From an uncultured Gemmatimonadales bacterium (GTDB lineage Bacteria > Gemmatimonadota > Gemmatimonadetes > Gemmatimonadales > Gemmatimonadaceae): a stretch of DNA of 64,000 bases. The translations under genes were made by a program, and so were the position numbers. The notes under the pieces were generated by a model. The model worked only from the letters and a program-made list of their open reading frames with translations. It was not told the origin of the DNA and searched no databases. The first letter of the stretch is position 1; each line of letters opens with the position of its first letter. Positions 53,418 to 63,007 of the stretch are shown in pieces. The stretch lies in the NCBI GenBank assembly GCA_963701965.1, contig OY969695.1, forward strand, positions 32,001 to 96,000, given 5' to 3'.

Positions 53418-54349
53418 ACACGCGGACCGCCTTCTCCTCGCGCCTGGTCTGGATCGGCCTGGCGACCCTCGTCGCCGGATTGGCGCTGCCGCTATTCGCC
53501 TCCGGATACGTGTTGGGGCTGCTGACGGTGGCGTGCTACACGGCGGTGTTCGCGATGTCCTGGGACCTCCTGTTCGGCTTCGCCGGCGAAGTCAACTTCG
53601 GGCCGACGTTCCTCATCGGCCTCGGTGCCTATACCGCCGGCATCCTCGACGCCCGGCTCTCTCCGGCGATCCCGATCTGGCTCTGCGTGGCCGCGGGCGC
53701 CGCCGCAGCCGTGATCGGCGGCGTCGTTCTCGCCCTGCCGGCGTTGCGACTGCGCGGGCCTTACTTCGGCCTGACGACGCTGGTGGCGGTGCTGCTGCTG
53801 CAGAACTTCGTCGTCGTCTTCGCCGAGCTGACCGGCGGTGAGATCGGCCTGGCCGTGCCCGACGTGATCTCGGTCGACGCACACGTCAACTACTGGATCG
53901 CCTTCGCCTTCATGGCCATCAGCGGCGCCATTCTGTTCGGACTGTCGCGCTCGGCAATCGGCCTCATCCTGCAGGCAAGCGGCCAGGATTCGGTGCAGGC
54001 GAGCGCGCTCGGCTTCAACGTCGCCAAGCACAAGCTGGCGGCGTTCATCGTCAGTGCCTTCTTCTCCGGCCTGGCCGGTGCGTTGATGGTGTTCTACATG
54101 GGGACGGCGTCGGTCGGCACCTTCGTCGACATCTCGGTCGGCGTGCAGGTCATCATCGCCGCGGTGCTGGGCGGCCGGCGCACGGTCGTGGGCGCTGCCA
54201 TCGGGGCCGTGTTCCTGATCGGTATGGGCGAGCTGCTGCGTCCGCTCGGCGAACTGGCCACGCTGGTCGTCTCGGTCCTGGCGCTGATCGTGATCCTGCT
54301 TTTTCCGGACGGCTTTCTCGGCATGCTGCGCGGCCGTTCCCGGGCATGA
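53414..54349 (+). CDS. ABC transporter permease (LivM-like)
   Basis: LRLRGPYF, LTGGEIG, VLGG. Confidence 0.92.
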   Translation: MNTRTAFSSRLVWIGLATLVAGLALPLFASGYVLGLLTVACYTAVFAMSWDLLFGFAGEVNFGPTFLIGLGAYTAGILDARLSPAIPIWLCVAAGAAAAVIGGVVLALPALRLRGPYFGLTTLVAVLLLQNFVVVFAELTGGEIGLAVPDVISVDAHVNYWIAFAFMAISGAILFGLSRSAIGLILQASGQDSVQASALGFNVAKHKLAAFIVSAFFSGLAGALMVFYMGTASVGTFVDISVGVQVIIAAVLGGRRTVVGAAIGAVFLIGMGELLRPLGELATLVVSVLALIVILLFPDGFLGMLRGRSRA

Positions 54350-55815
54350 GCCAGCCTGCGATTCTCGAGGTCTCGGGTCTGACCAAGCGCTACGGTGGCC
54401 TGGTCGCAGTCAAGGACCTGAGCCTGTCGATCCGACCCGGCGAGATCCTCGGTCTGATCGGCCCGAACGGTTCGGGCAAGTCGACGGCGATGAAGACGAT
54501 CCTCGGCATCGAGCCGCCCAGCGCCGGCTCCGTCCGATTCGATGGCGTAGAGATCGCCGGACTGCCGGCGCACAAGATCGCCCGCCTGGGTGTGGGCCTG
54601 GTTTTTCAGCACTCGCGTCCGTTGCAGCGACAGACGGTGCTCGAAAACATCAAGGTTGCCCTGCTGCCTGATCGTCTCTCGCAACTGGTTGCCGGAGCGG
54701 AGGTGGATGCCAAGGCGCGAGCGATCGCCGAGCGCGTCGGTCTCGGGACGGTGCTCGAGCGCAGGCCGCCCACCCTGGCGTTCGCCGACCTGCGCCGGCT
54801 CGAGTTGGCGAAGGCGATCGCGCGCAGCCCGAAGCTGGTGATGGTCGACGAGCCGTTCGCGGGGCTGACCGCGTCCGAGGTCGCAGCGTTCTCCGATCTG
54901 ATCCGCGAGTTTCGTGCCGAAGGACGCGCCGTCCTCCTCGTCGACCACAACGTCAAGGGCGTGTCAGCCCTGGTTGACCGAGTGCTTGCCATGTACCTCG
55001 GCGAGCGCATCGCCGAAGGCGCTGCCGCCGAGGTCATGCGCGATGAGACGGTGCGCCGCGTCTACCTCGGCGGAGCGCTCGTCAGCGCAGCGCGGCCGCA
55101 CGCCAGCTTCGCCGGCAAGGTGCCCGCGCTCCGTCTCGAGGCGGTCGGAGTCCACTACGGAAAGGCAATCGCCCTGCACGATGTCTCTCTGCATGTGCAC
55201 GAGGGCGAATTCGTCTCGGTGGTCGGGCTCAACGGCGCGGGCAAGTCGACGCTCTTCAACGCGGTGTCCGGCCTGGTGCCGCACTCTGGAGCGATCCGCT
55301 GGCGCGACGAGGACCTGCGTGGCGCCAGTGCGGCCGCTATTGCTCGCCGCGGCATCGTCCAGTGCCCGGAAACGCGCGAGCTGTTCGGCGACATGAGCGT
55401 GCGAGAGAACCTCGACCTCGGCGGCAATACGCTCGACACCGAAGAGCGCCGCTCTCGCTTGCAATGGCTGTTCGAGCTTTTTCCGATCCTCGAGAGCCGG
55501 CAAGGGCAGATCGCGCGCACGCTGAGCGGCGGCGAGCAGCAGATGCTGGCCATCGCCCGAGCGCTGATGATGAAGCCACACCTGCTGATCCTCGACGAGC
55601 CGACGCTCGGGCTTGCGCCGGTGATCCTCGAGACCTTGTCGAAGGCCTTGGAGCGGCTGCGCGCGACCACGTCCATCAGTGTGCTGCTAGGCGAGCAGAA
55701 CGTCACCTTCGCGCTGCCTCATGCCGACCGCGTCTACGTGCTCGACCACGCACGCATCGCATGGGAAGGGCCGCCCGGTCGCTTCGGTGAAGAGGCTGCC
55801 GAAACCTACCTCTAG
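54346..55815 (+). CDS. fused LivG-LivF double ABC ATPase
   Basis: Two Walker A motifs (GPNGSGKS, GLNGAGKS) and LSGGEQQ. Confidence 0.92.
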   Translation: MSQPAILEVSGLTKRYGGLVAVKDLSLSIRPGEILGLIGPNGSGKSTAMKTILGIEPPSAGSVRFDGVEIAGLPAHKIARLGVGLVFQHSRPLQRQTVLENIKVALLPDRLSQLVAGAEVDAKARAIAERVGLGTVLERRPPTLAFADLRRLELAKAIARSPKLVMVDEPFAGLTASEVAAFSDLIREFRAEGRAVLLVDHNVKGVSALVDRVLAMYLGERIAEGAAAEVMRDETVRRVYLGGALVSAARPHASFAGKVPALRLEAVGVHYGKAIALHDVSLHVHEGEFVSVVGLNGAGKSTLFNAVSGLVPHSGAIRWRDEDLRGASAAAIARRGIVQCPETRELFGDMSVRENLDLGGNTLDTEERRSRLQWLFELFPILESRQGQIARTLSGGEQQMLAIARALMMKPHLLILDEPTLGLAPVILETLSKALERLRATTSISVLLGEQNVTFALPHADRVYVLDHARIAWEGPPGRFGEEAAETYL

Positions 55816-56418
55816 CGCGAAGCTTGCTCAAGCGGCGCCGACTGGCCAGAGAGGCGCGTAAACGTTCGCTCGCTGCGGCACATTCCAGGCTTCTCTGCGT
55901 GCGAAGGGTTGTAGGGCAACTGCCGTCGCTGAGGTTGCTGTTGGGGATCTCAGATCCTGCCAACAGGCTCAAAGATCGTGCCAATGCGGCTTTTGCAAGG
56001 GTGATCGGCGTCAAGCCGACCGAGCTCGCGCCGCTCGAGCCCTTGTCGGCCAACCTTCTTGAGCAGACCAACCATGTTGTGCGACTCGCGCACAAGCCAA
56101 CCTCTAAGCGTGGCGAAGGGCAGTCGATGAATCTGGCAGGCAGGCTCAGCCAGGTCTCCTGCTGTTGAGTTCAGCAAACCGCGCTAATGGCGTCCACGAA
56201 CCCTGCTAGCGTACGTCATCGAGCGTGTTTACCGCTTCGCCTTCGACGTCATGTCCCATGCCGATGTCTTGCGTACGGGGGAAACAGCGCCGGCGGCGCT
56301 AGCACGGTGTACGGAAAGCTCGTTTGGCAGTAGCGCGGTTCGATGAAATGGAGACTGTCCTCAATGGCGAGAAGGCAACTGGACCGCAACACCCCCCAAG
56401 CGGCCCTAAACGCTGTGA

Positions 56419-56431
56419 AATCAACAGCTTG
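56419..56431 (+). promoter_or_regulatory. IHF consensus site
   Basis: AATCAACAGCTTG matches WATCAANNNNTTR. Confidence 0.5.
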
Positions 56432-56566
56432 CTGGCACTCCGGCTAGCAAGGTTCGTTGAAAACGGCTAGCGACGTTCGCTGAACTCAACACGAGCCCTA
56501 AGCGCGGACACCAGCAGCCGTTCGCGGTGGCCGCCCGCCCAAGGCGAAGCGGCCGCGCTCACTGGC

Positions 56567-57211
56567 CTACCGCTGAGCCGCCCGAATCTGGATCAGCGCG
56601 GTGACATGCAGCATCAGCAGGATCGGCACCCCAAAGGCAGGGATCAGGACCACCGGCAAGCGGGCCAGGAGATCTGCTTGCGTCCCTCCAGAAAGCGCCG
56701 GCACGATGCCGCCTGCCAAGGCTCCGGTGACCAGAGCCACGACCAGGTCCAGCATCCCGAACCGGTTCCACCACAGAAACGCTTTGCTGGTCACGAATCC
56801 AGGGCGGTCGATGAGACGGATCACCATCCAGGGCGCCGCCAACGCGACCGTCATGTCCCCAAGTCCAGCCGGCAAGGCGAAAGCTCCTGGCACCAGCCCC
56901 TGCGCGAGCAGGGCGATGAAGGTAAAGCCGATGAAGCGCCAGGCATGGATCGCGGTCACCACGCGCAAGTCGAGGGAGGCGAGGTAGCTGCGCAGCGGCG
57001 GCCACGTCTGCAGCGCGACGAAGAAGGCGATCATCGGTCCCGCAAAGGCAATCAGCATCGACAGCGGGGGTTGGCCTGGCGGCGCGACGAAGCTGCCCCG
57101 CGCTCCGAGCGCCACGATCACTGCCAGCCACGCGAGCAGCGTCAGCCAGACCGCTGTGGGCCGTATGGCGTAGTCCCGAGGACCGGGGATGGAGGTGGAC
57201 AGAGTTGACAT
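56567..57211 (-). CDS. multi-pass membrane protein
   Basis: HAWRFIG, FALPAGLGD, WN.FG.LDL; AGGAG RBS. Confidence 0.8.
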   Translation of the reverse strand: MSTLSTSIPGPRDYAIRPTAVWLTLLAWLAVIVALGARGSFVAPPGQPPLSMLIAFAGPMIAFFVALQTWPPLRSYLASLDLRVVTAIHAWRFIGFTFIALLAQGLVPGAFALPAGLGDMTVALAAPWMVIRLIDRPGFVTSKAFLWWNRFGMLDLVVALVTGALAGGIVPALSGGTQADLLARLPVVLIPAFGVPILLMLHVTALIQIRAAQR

Positions 57212-57230
57212 GGCAGGCTCCTGAATGTGG

Positions 57231-57282
57231 CTTGCGAATCGCAAGTAACCCACGGTACCGCATATACTTGTGATTCGCAAGT
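57231..57282. promoter_or_regulatory. two palindromic operators for the HxlR regulator
   Basis: CTTGCGA-A-TCGCAAG (57231-57245) and ACTTGTGA-T-TCGCAAGT (57266-57282) between divergent genes. Confidence 0.7.
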
Positions 57283-57317
57283 CACAAACGGGGATCTCTT
57301 TGGTAAAGAACGTCGCA

Positions 57318-57650
57318 ATGACCGAGCGAAGGTCCGACTGCGCCATCGCCTGCTCGCTCGACATCGTGGGCGACAAGTGGACGCTGCTCGTGGTGCGCGA
57401 TCTGATGCACGGAAGGTCGACGTTCGGAGAACTTCTCGAGTCACCCGAACGCATCCAGACCAGCATCCTGGCCGACAGGCTCAAGCGGCTGCAGGAGGCG
57501 GGACTCGTTTCTGGGACGCCCTACCAGGAACGGCCGGTCCGCTACGCTTATTCGCTCACCCCGCAGGGGATGGCCCTCGGCGAGGTGCTGCGGGCGCTCC
57601 TCCAGTGGGGCAAGCAAAACTTCCCGGGGACGAAGGCGTTGAAGCGCTAG
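57318..57650 (+). CDS. HxlR family winged-helix regulator
   Basis: RSDCAIACSLDIVGDKWTLLVVRDL, LADRLKRL, YSLTPQG. Confidence 0.92.
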   Translation: MTERRSDCAIACSLDIVGDKWTLLVVRDLMHGRSTFGELLESPERIQTSILADRLKRLQEAGLVSGTPYQERPVRYAYSLTPQGMALGEVLRALLQWGKQNFPGTKALKR

Positions 57651-58050
57651 GCATCGCCCGGTAGTCCGGACGTAAGCGTCCCAAGGCCATTGGCCGTTGG
57701 CGCGCCTCGTCCGCAACGTGATCCGGCAGACCCGGAAGCCTTCGTCGGCCTCGAAGGTCAGAAAAGCTTGCGCCCGATCTCCTGCCTGAGCGTCTCGTTG
57801 CGGCTCAGCTCTTCCATCTTGACCATCGCCTGTTCGGCCCACTCCTCGAACGTTTGCGGGTCCGTCGACGTTTTGCGTGCGGTGGCATCGGTCGACGACG
57901 GCTCCGCCGGCTCCGGCCAGTTCGGCGTCGGGGCGCCGCGGGACTTACGGATCATTGCCTCCGATTCGAATACAGGACTATTGTCGGAGCGACCCGTGCG
58001 AAGCTGGAGGGCACGGAGGACATGATCGATGAGAGTTCGGGGCAGGGGAC

Positions 58051-58575
58051 TTGGCCAGCACCGCTTTAACGATTCCCGCCGAGATCTGGCGCTGGACCCG
58101 GCACGTCAACGAGCTCGTCGGAGCCACGGGAGCAAAGACTCGTGGCCGCCCGTTCGCCCAACCACTCGTCCAGCTCGGCACCCTTGAGCTTAGCTTGGTC
58201 TTCAGCGGCGCAACGGCCGAAAGCGTCCTCAAGCGCGGAGTTTGTTCCGCTGTCGTTGCCGAACTCGCTTTGGAGGGCGCGATCTCCGTCGAACACGTTG
58301 CCGAGTACATCGGGCTGTCGCCGCGCGCCCTGACGCGTCGCGTCGCAAGAGGCGCAACGCTGCCGCCCATGGCGGCAGAAAAAGCCATGTTGCTGATCGA
58401 ATTGATGGCCCTGGCGCTGGACGTGTTCCGGACGATTGAGCACGCCTTTGGATGGCTCACTGCGCGTCACCCGATGCTCGATGGAAAGACGCCGCTGCAG
58501 TACGCGCGTACGCCCTGGGGTCTGGATCGAGTCAGGGCGCTTCTGGGCAGTCTGAAGTGGGGCTTTGCCGCGTAG
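58051..58575 (+). CDS. Xre/MbcA/ParS-like antitoxin (DUF2384 C-terminus)
   Basis: HTH-like segment followed by VF...A.GWL...HPMLDGKTPL...G...V..LL. Confidence 0.7.
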   Translation: MASTALTIPAEIWRWTRHVNELVGATGAKTRGRPFAQPLVQLGTLELSLVFSGATAESVLKRGVCSAVVAELALEGAISVEHVAEYIGLSPRALTRRVARGATLPPMAAEKAMLLIELMALALDVFRTIEHAFGWLTARHPMLDGKTPLQYARTPWGLDRVRALLGSLKWGFAA

Positions 58576-58792
58576 GGTGTTATGCCTCAGCCGTCCCGCG
58601 GCGTCTCGGGTGAGCTGCGACCAATCTGCACGGCGGCACCCCGGGGCGGTCGCTACCGCATCGCACGTGCGTTAGGGCAGCGCGGTTGAGATCTAGCGCG
58701 ACCTCGTGGAGCGCGCCGAAGGTACAGCTGAGGCTGTGCGTTGCGAGTTTCTGCGGTCCAGATACGAATCGTGCGAAGGTCGAAAACTCAGA

Positions 58793-58830
58793 TGGGCCGC
58801 ATGGGCCGCATTTGCGGCCCATGCGGCCCA
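58793..58830. repeat. perfect 18-bp inverted repeat built from tandem 9-mers
   Basis: TGGGCCGCATGGGCCGCA-TT-TGCGGCCCATGCGGCCCA. Confidence 0.9.
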
Positions 58831-58862
58831 AAAGGGAAGGGCCCGCTCACCGGCGGGCCCTT
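58831..58862 (-). terminator. hairpin terminator downstream of tRNA-Thr
   Basis: AAGGGCCCGC-N6-GCGGGCCCTT followed by CCCTTTT on the minus strand. Confidence 0.6.
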
Positions 58863-58870
58863 GATTTCGT

Positions 58871-58946
58871 TGGTGCCGGCGAGAAGAGTCGAACTCCCGA
58901 CCTTCGCATTACGAATGCGCTGCTCTACCAACTGAGCTACGCCGGC
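58871..58946 (-). tRNA. tRNA-Thr (CGT)
   Basis: GCCGGCGTAGCTCAGTTGGTAGAGCA...TTCGTAA...GTTCGACTC...GCACCA, 76 nt. Confidence 0.97.
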
Positions 58947-59001
58947 GTCGCGGTGGCAGCGGAGAGCCGCCGCGCGAGGGGCGCATTCTAGCGGAGCCGC
59001 C

Positions 59002-60273
59002 TCAGGCCAAAGCGAATGGCGCGAGGCGCGGCGGCACGGCGACGTTTTTCAGCGTCGCGTAAACCGGCAGGCCGGCGCGGTACGCGGGGTAGTCCTCGCC
59101 GGCAACGAGCGGACGCAGGTAGCGGCGGCACTTGTCGGTGATCGAGAAGCCGTCGGCGCTGATGAAATCGCGTGGCATGAACTTCTCGACGTTGGCGACC
59201 TTGGCGAGGTCGGCGACGCCGATGCGATAGCGGTACGGGACGTCGGAGGTGCGCTCGATCGTCGGCATCACCGCGTTGTGGCCCTTCAGCGCCAGCTCGA
59301 CCGCGCGCTTGCCGAGCTCGTAGGCCTGGCGCACGTCGGTCTTCGAGGCGATGTGGCGCGCCGCGCGCTGCAGGTAGTCGGCGACCGCCCAGTGGAACTT
59401 GTGGCCGAGCGCCTGCTTGATCATGTTCGCGACCACCGGCGCGGCGCCGCCGAGCTGGGCGTGGCCGAAGGCGTCGCGCGTGCCCTGCTCGGCGAGGAAC
59501 GTGCCGTCGGCGCGATGCGCGCCCTCCGAGACCACCACCGTGCAGTAGCCGTGCTTCTTGACCAGCGCGTCGACGCGGGCGATGAACTTCTTCTCGTCGA
59601 ACTCGATCTCCGGAAAGAGGATCACGACCGGGATGCCGTGCTCCTCGATCAGCCCGCCGGCGGCGGCGATCCAGCCGGCGTGTCGGCCCATCACCTCGAG
59701 CACGAACACCTTGGTCGAGGTGCGCGCCATCGAGCGGACGTCGAACGACGCCTCGAGCGCCGACACCGCGACGTACTTGGCGACCGAGCCGAAGCCGGGG
59801 CAGCAGTCGGTGAGCGGCAGGTCGTTGTCGACCGTCTTCGGCACGTGGATCGCCTGCAGCGGATAGCCCATCGACTGCGACAGCTGGCTCACCTTGAAGC
59901 ACGTGTCGGCCGAGTCGCCGCCGCCGTTGTAGAAGAACCAGGCGATGTCGTGGGCGCGGAAGACCTCGATCAGGCGCTCGTACTCGCGCCGGTTCGCTTC
60001 GAGCGACTTGAGCTTGTAGCGGCACGAGCCGAACGCGCCGGCCGGCGTCGTGCGCAGCGCGCGGATCATGCTCGCCGATTCCTGGCTGGTGTCGATCAGG
60101 TCTTCGGTGAGGGCGCCGATGATGCCGTTGCGGCCGGCGTAGACGTTGCCGATCACGTCGCGATGCGCGCGCGCGGTCTCGATCACGCCGCACGCCGAGG
60201 CGTTGATGACGGCGGTGACGCCGCCCGACTGCGCGTAGAACGCGTTCTTCCTGCCTTTGGTCTTGGTGGCCAT
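59002..60273 (-). CDS. pfkA: 6-phosphofructokinase family protein
   Basis: QSGGVTAVINAS, GGGDS, PKTVDND, EVMGRHAGW. Confidence 0.9.
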   Translation of the reverse strand: MATKTKGRKNAFYAQSGGVTAVINASACGVIETARAHRDVIGNVYAGRNGIIGALTEDLIDTSQESASMIRALRTTPAGAFGSCRYKLKSLEANRREYERLIEVFRAHDIAWFFYNGGGDSADTCFKVSQLSQSMGYPLQAIHVPKTVDNDLPLTDCCPGFGSVAKYVAVSALEASFDVRSMARTSTKVFVLEVMGRHAGWIAAAGGLIEEHGIPVVILFPEIEFDEKKFIARVDALVKKHGYCTVVVSEGAHRADGTFLAEQGTRDAFGHAQLGGAAPVVANMIKQALGHKFHWAVADYLQRAARHIASKTDVRQAYELGKRAVELALKGHNAVMPTIERTSDVPYRYRIGVADLAKVANVEKFMPRDFISADGFSITDKCRRYLRPLVAGEDYPAYRAGLPVYATLKNVAVPPRLAPFALA

Positions 60274-60283
60274 GATGGCGTCC

Positions 60284-62965
60284 TCAGGCGATTGCCAGCG
60301 CGCGCGTCACGATCTCGCTCGTGTCGCTCGACAGTCCCGGCGCCGCCGCGACGCGGGCGATCGCCGCGCGCGCGGCGCTGCGGTACGGCTCGGCGAGCTG
60401 GCTCCAGCGATCGAGGGCGCGGGCGATGCGCGACGCCAGCTGCGGGTTGATGCGGTCGAGCTCGAGCACGCGCTCGGCCCAGAACGCGTAGCCGCCGGCA
60501 TCGGCGCGGTGAAAGCCGGCCGGGTTGCCGAGGACGAAGGCGCCGATCAGGCTGCGCGCCCGGTTCGGGTTGGCGAGGCTGAAGTCGCGATGCCGAAGCA
60601 GCGCCTTGACGCGCTCGAACACCTTGCCGTCGCGCTCGGGCGCCATCGCCTGCAAGCGCGAACCACTTGTCGACGACCAGCGCATCGCCCTTGAACATCG
60701 CCATGAAGCGCTCGAGCGCCTCGTCGGCGAGCGGCGAGCCGGCGAAGAGCAGCGCGGCGAGCGCACCCTGCCGGTCGGTCATGTTCGAGGCGTCCTTGAA
60801 GCGCTGGTAGGCGCGGCCCGGCCAGACCGTGTCCGACCGCTCGACGGCGTCGAGGCACAGCATCGCCAGGGCGAGGTTGGCGAGCGCGCGCCGTCCGGCC
60901 GAGGCCGGGTCGGGCGAGTAGCCGCCGCTCACCTGGTGGCTCTCGAAGGCCCATTCCCAGTCGGCGCGCAAGGCGCTCGCGAGCCCGCGCTTCATCGCTT
61001 CGCGCGCGACGTGGATGCGCTGCGGATCGACGCTCGCGAGCTGCTCGCCGATGTACGGCTCGCTCGGCAGGGTGAGGACGAGCTCCTTGAACGCCGGGTC
61101 GAGCCGTCGGGTCGCGCAGCACGCCGCGCATGCCGGCGACGAAGTCCGCGTCGACCGGCGCCGGCTCGGCGCTCGAGCGCACGCTGGCGAGCAGGCGGTT
61201 CATCGCCAGTCGCTGGCCGGCTTCCCAGCGGTTGAACGGGTCGGTGTCGTGGCCGAGCAGGATCAGCAGGTCGGCATCGCTCAGGCCGTCGACCAGGATC
61301 ACCGGCGCCGAGAAGCCGCGCAGGAGCGAGAGCACCGGCGGCTGGTCGACGTCGACGAAGGTGAAGAACATCCTCGCTTCGTCGAGGACGAGCACGCGCG
61401 AGGTCGCCGCGGCGCTCTCCGGCTCGTCCTCGAGGCGCATCGTCATCGCCTGGCCGTCGCGACCGACCAGGCCGATCGCGAGCGGGATCACGAACGGCTC
61501 CCGCGCCGTCGTCGCCGCGGGCGCCGGCGCCTGCTCGAGGCCGAGGGTGTAGGTGCGCGAAGGCGCGTCGTAGCGGCCGCGCGCCGTCACCCGCGGCGTT
61601 CCGGCCTGTGCGTACCAGCGCTTGAACTGCGGCAGCAGGCGCGCCAGCGAGCTCGCCGGGTTGGCATCGGCGATCGCCTGGGCGAAGTCGTCGCAGGTCA
61701 CGGCCTGGCCGTCGAAGCGCTCGAAGTAGAGCTTCATGCCGCGCGCGAAGCCGTCGCGGCCGACCAGCGTCTGCATCATGCGCACGACCTCGGCGCCCTT
61801 GTCGTAGACGGTCGGGGTGTAGAAGTTGTTGATCTCGACGTAGCTGTCGGGCCGCACCGGATGCGCCATCGGTCCGGCGTCTTCGGCGAACTGGACCTGA
61901 CGCAGGCTCCTCACGTCGCTGATCCGCTTGACCGCGCGCGCGGTCGCGCTCGCGACCATGTCCATGCTGAATTCCTGGTCGCGAAAGACCGTCAGGCCTT
62001 CCTTCAGGCTCAGCTGGAACCAGTCGCGGCAGGTGATGCGGTTGCCGGTCCAGTTGTGGAAGTACTCGTGGCCGACCACCGATTCGATCGCCTCGAAGTC
62101 GGCGTCGGTCGCGGTCGCCGCGTTGGCCAGGACGTACTTGGTGTTGAAGATGTTGAGGCCCTTGTTCTCCATCGCGCCCATGTTGAAGTCGCCGACCGCG
62201 ACGATCATGAAGCGCTCGAGATCGAGCGCCAGGCCGAAGCGGGCCTCGTCCCACACGACCGAGGCGACCAGCGAGTTCATCGCGTGCTCGGTCTTGTCGA
62301 GGTCGCCGCGGCGCACGTAGACCTGCAGCAGATGGTCCTTGCCGGCGCGCGAGCGGATGTGCTGCTCGCGCGCGACCAGGTCGGCGGCGACGAGCGCGAA
62401 CAGGTAGCTCGGCTTGGGGAACGGGTCGTGCCACTTGGCGAAGTGGCGGCCGTTGTCGAGATCGCCCTGCTCGACCAGGTTGCCGTTCGACAGCAGCACC
62501 GGGTACGCCGCCTTGTTCGCCTTCATCGTCACGCGTGTACTCGGCCATCACGTCGGGACGGTCGAGGAAGTAGGTGATGCGGCGGAAGCCCTCGGCCTCG
62601 CACTGCGTGAAGAAGCCGCCGCCCGACGTGTAGAGGCCCGACAGGCGCGTGTTCCGCTCGGGCGCGCAGGTGTTCCTGATCTCCAGCGTGAAGCTGCCTT
62701 CGGGCAGGTTGTCGATGACGAGCAGGCTGTCCTCGTGGCGAAACGAGACCGACTCGCCGTTCGCGAGGCAGCGCGTCAGCGTGATGTCTTCGCCGTGCAA
62801 CTTCAGCGGCCCGGCGGCGACGGCGCCGTTCCTCTCGATCTGCATCTTGTTGATGACCATCGTCTTGGCCGGGTCGAGCTCGAAGGTGAGATCGACCTTC
62901 CTGATCCAGAACGGCGGCGCCGCGTAGTCTTCGCGGCGTACGAGCGGGGCGTTGCCTTCACGCAT
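60284..62965 (-). CDS. pepN: aminopeptidase N, frameshifts
   Basis: [31 protein letters not shown]. Confidence 0.95.
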
Positions 62966-63007
62966 GGGACGGTTCCTTGCCTCTGATGTCTCTTGTCTTG
63001 GGAGCGC

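Noticed and set aside
55824..56400. Possible gene between the ABC operon and the IHF site
   Set aside because: No recognisable motif or RBS in any frame
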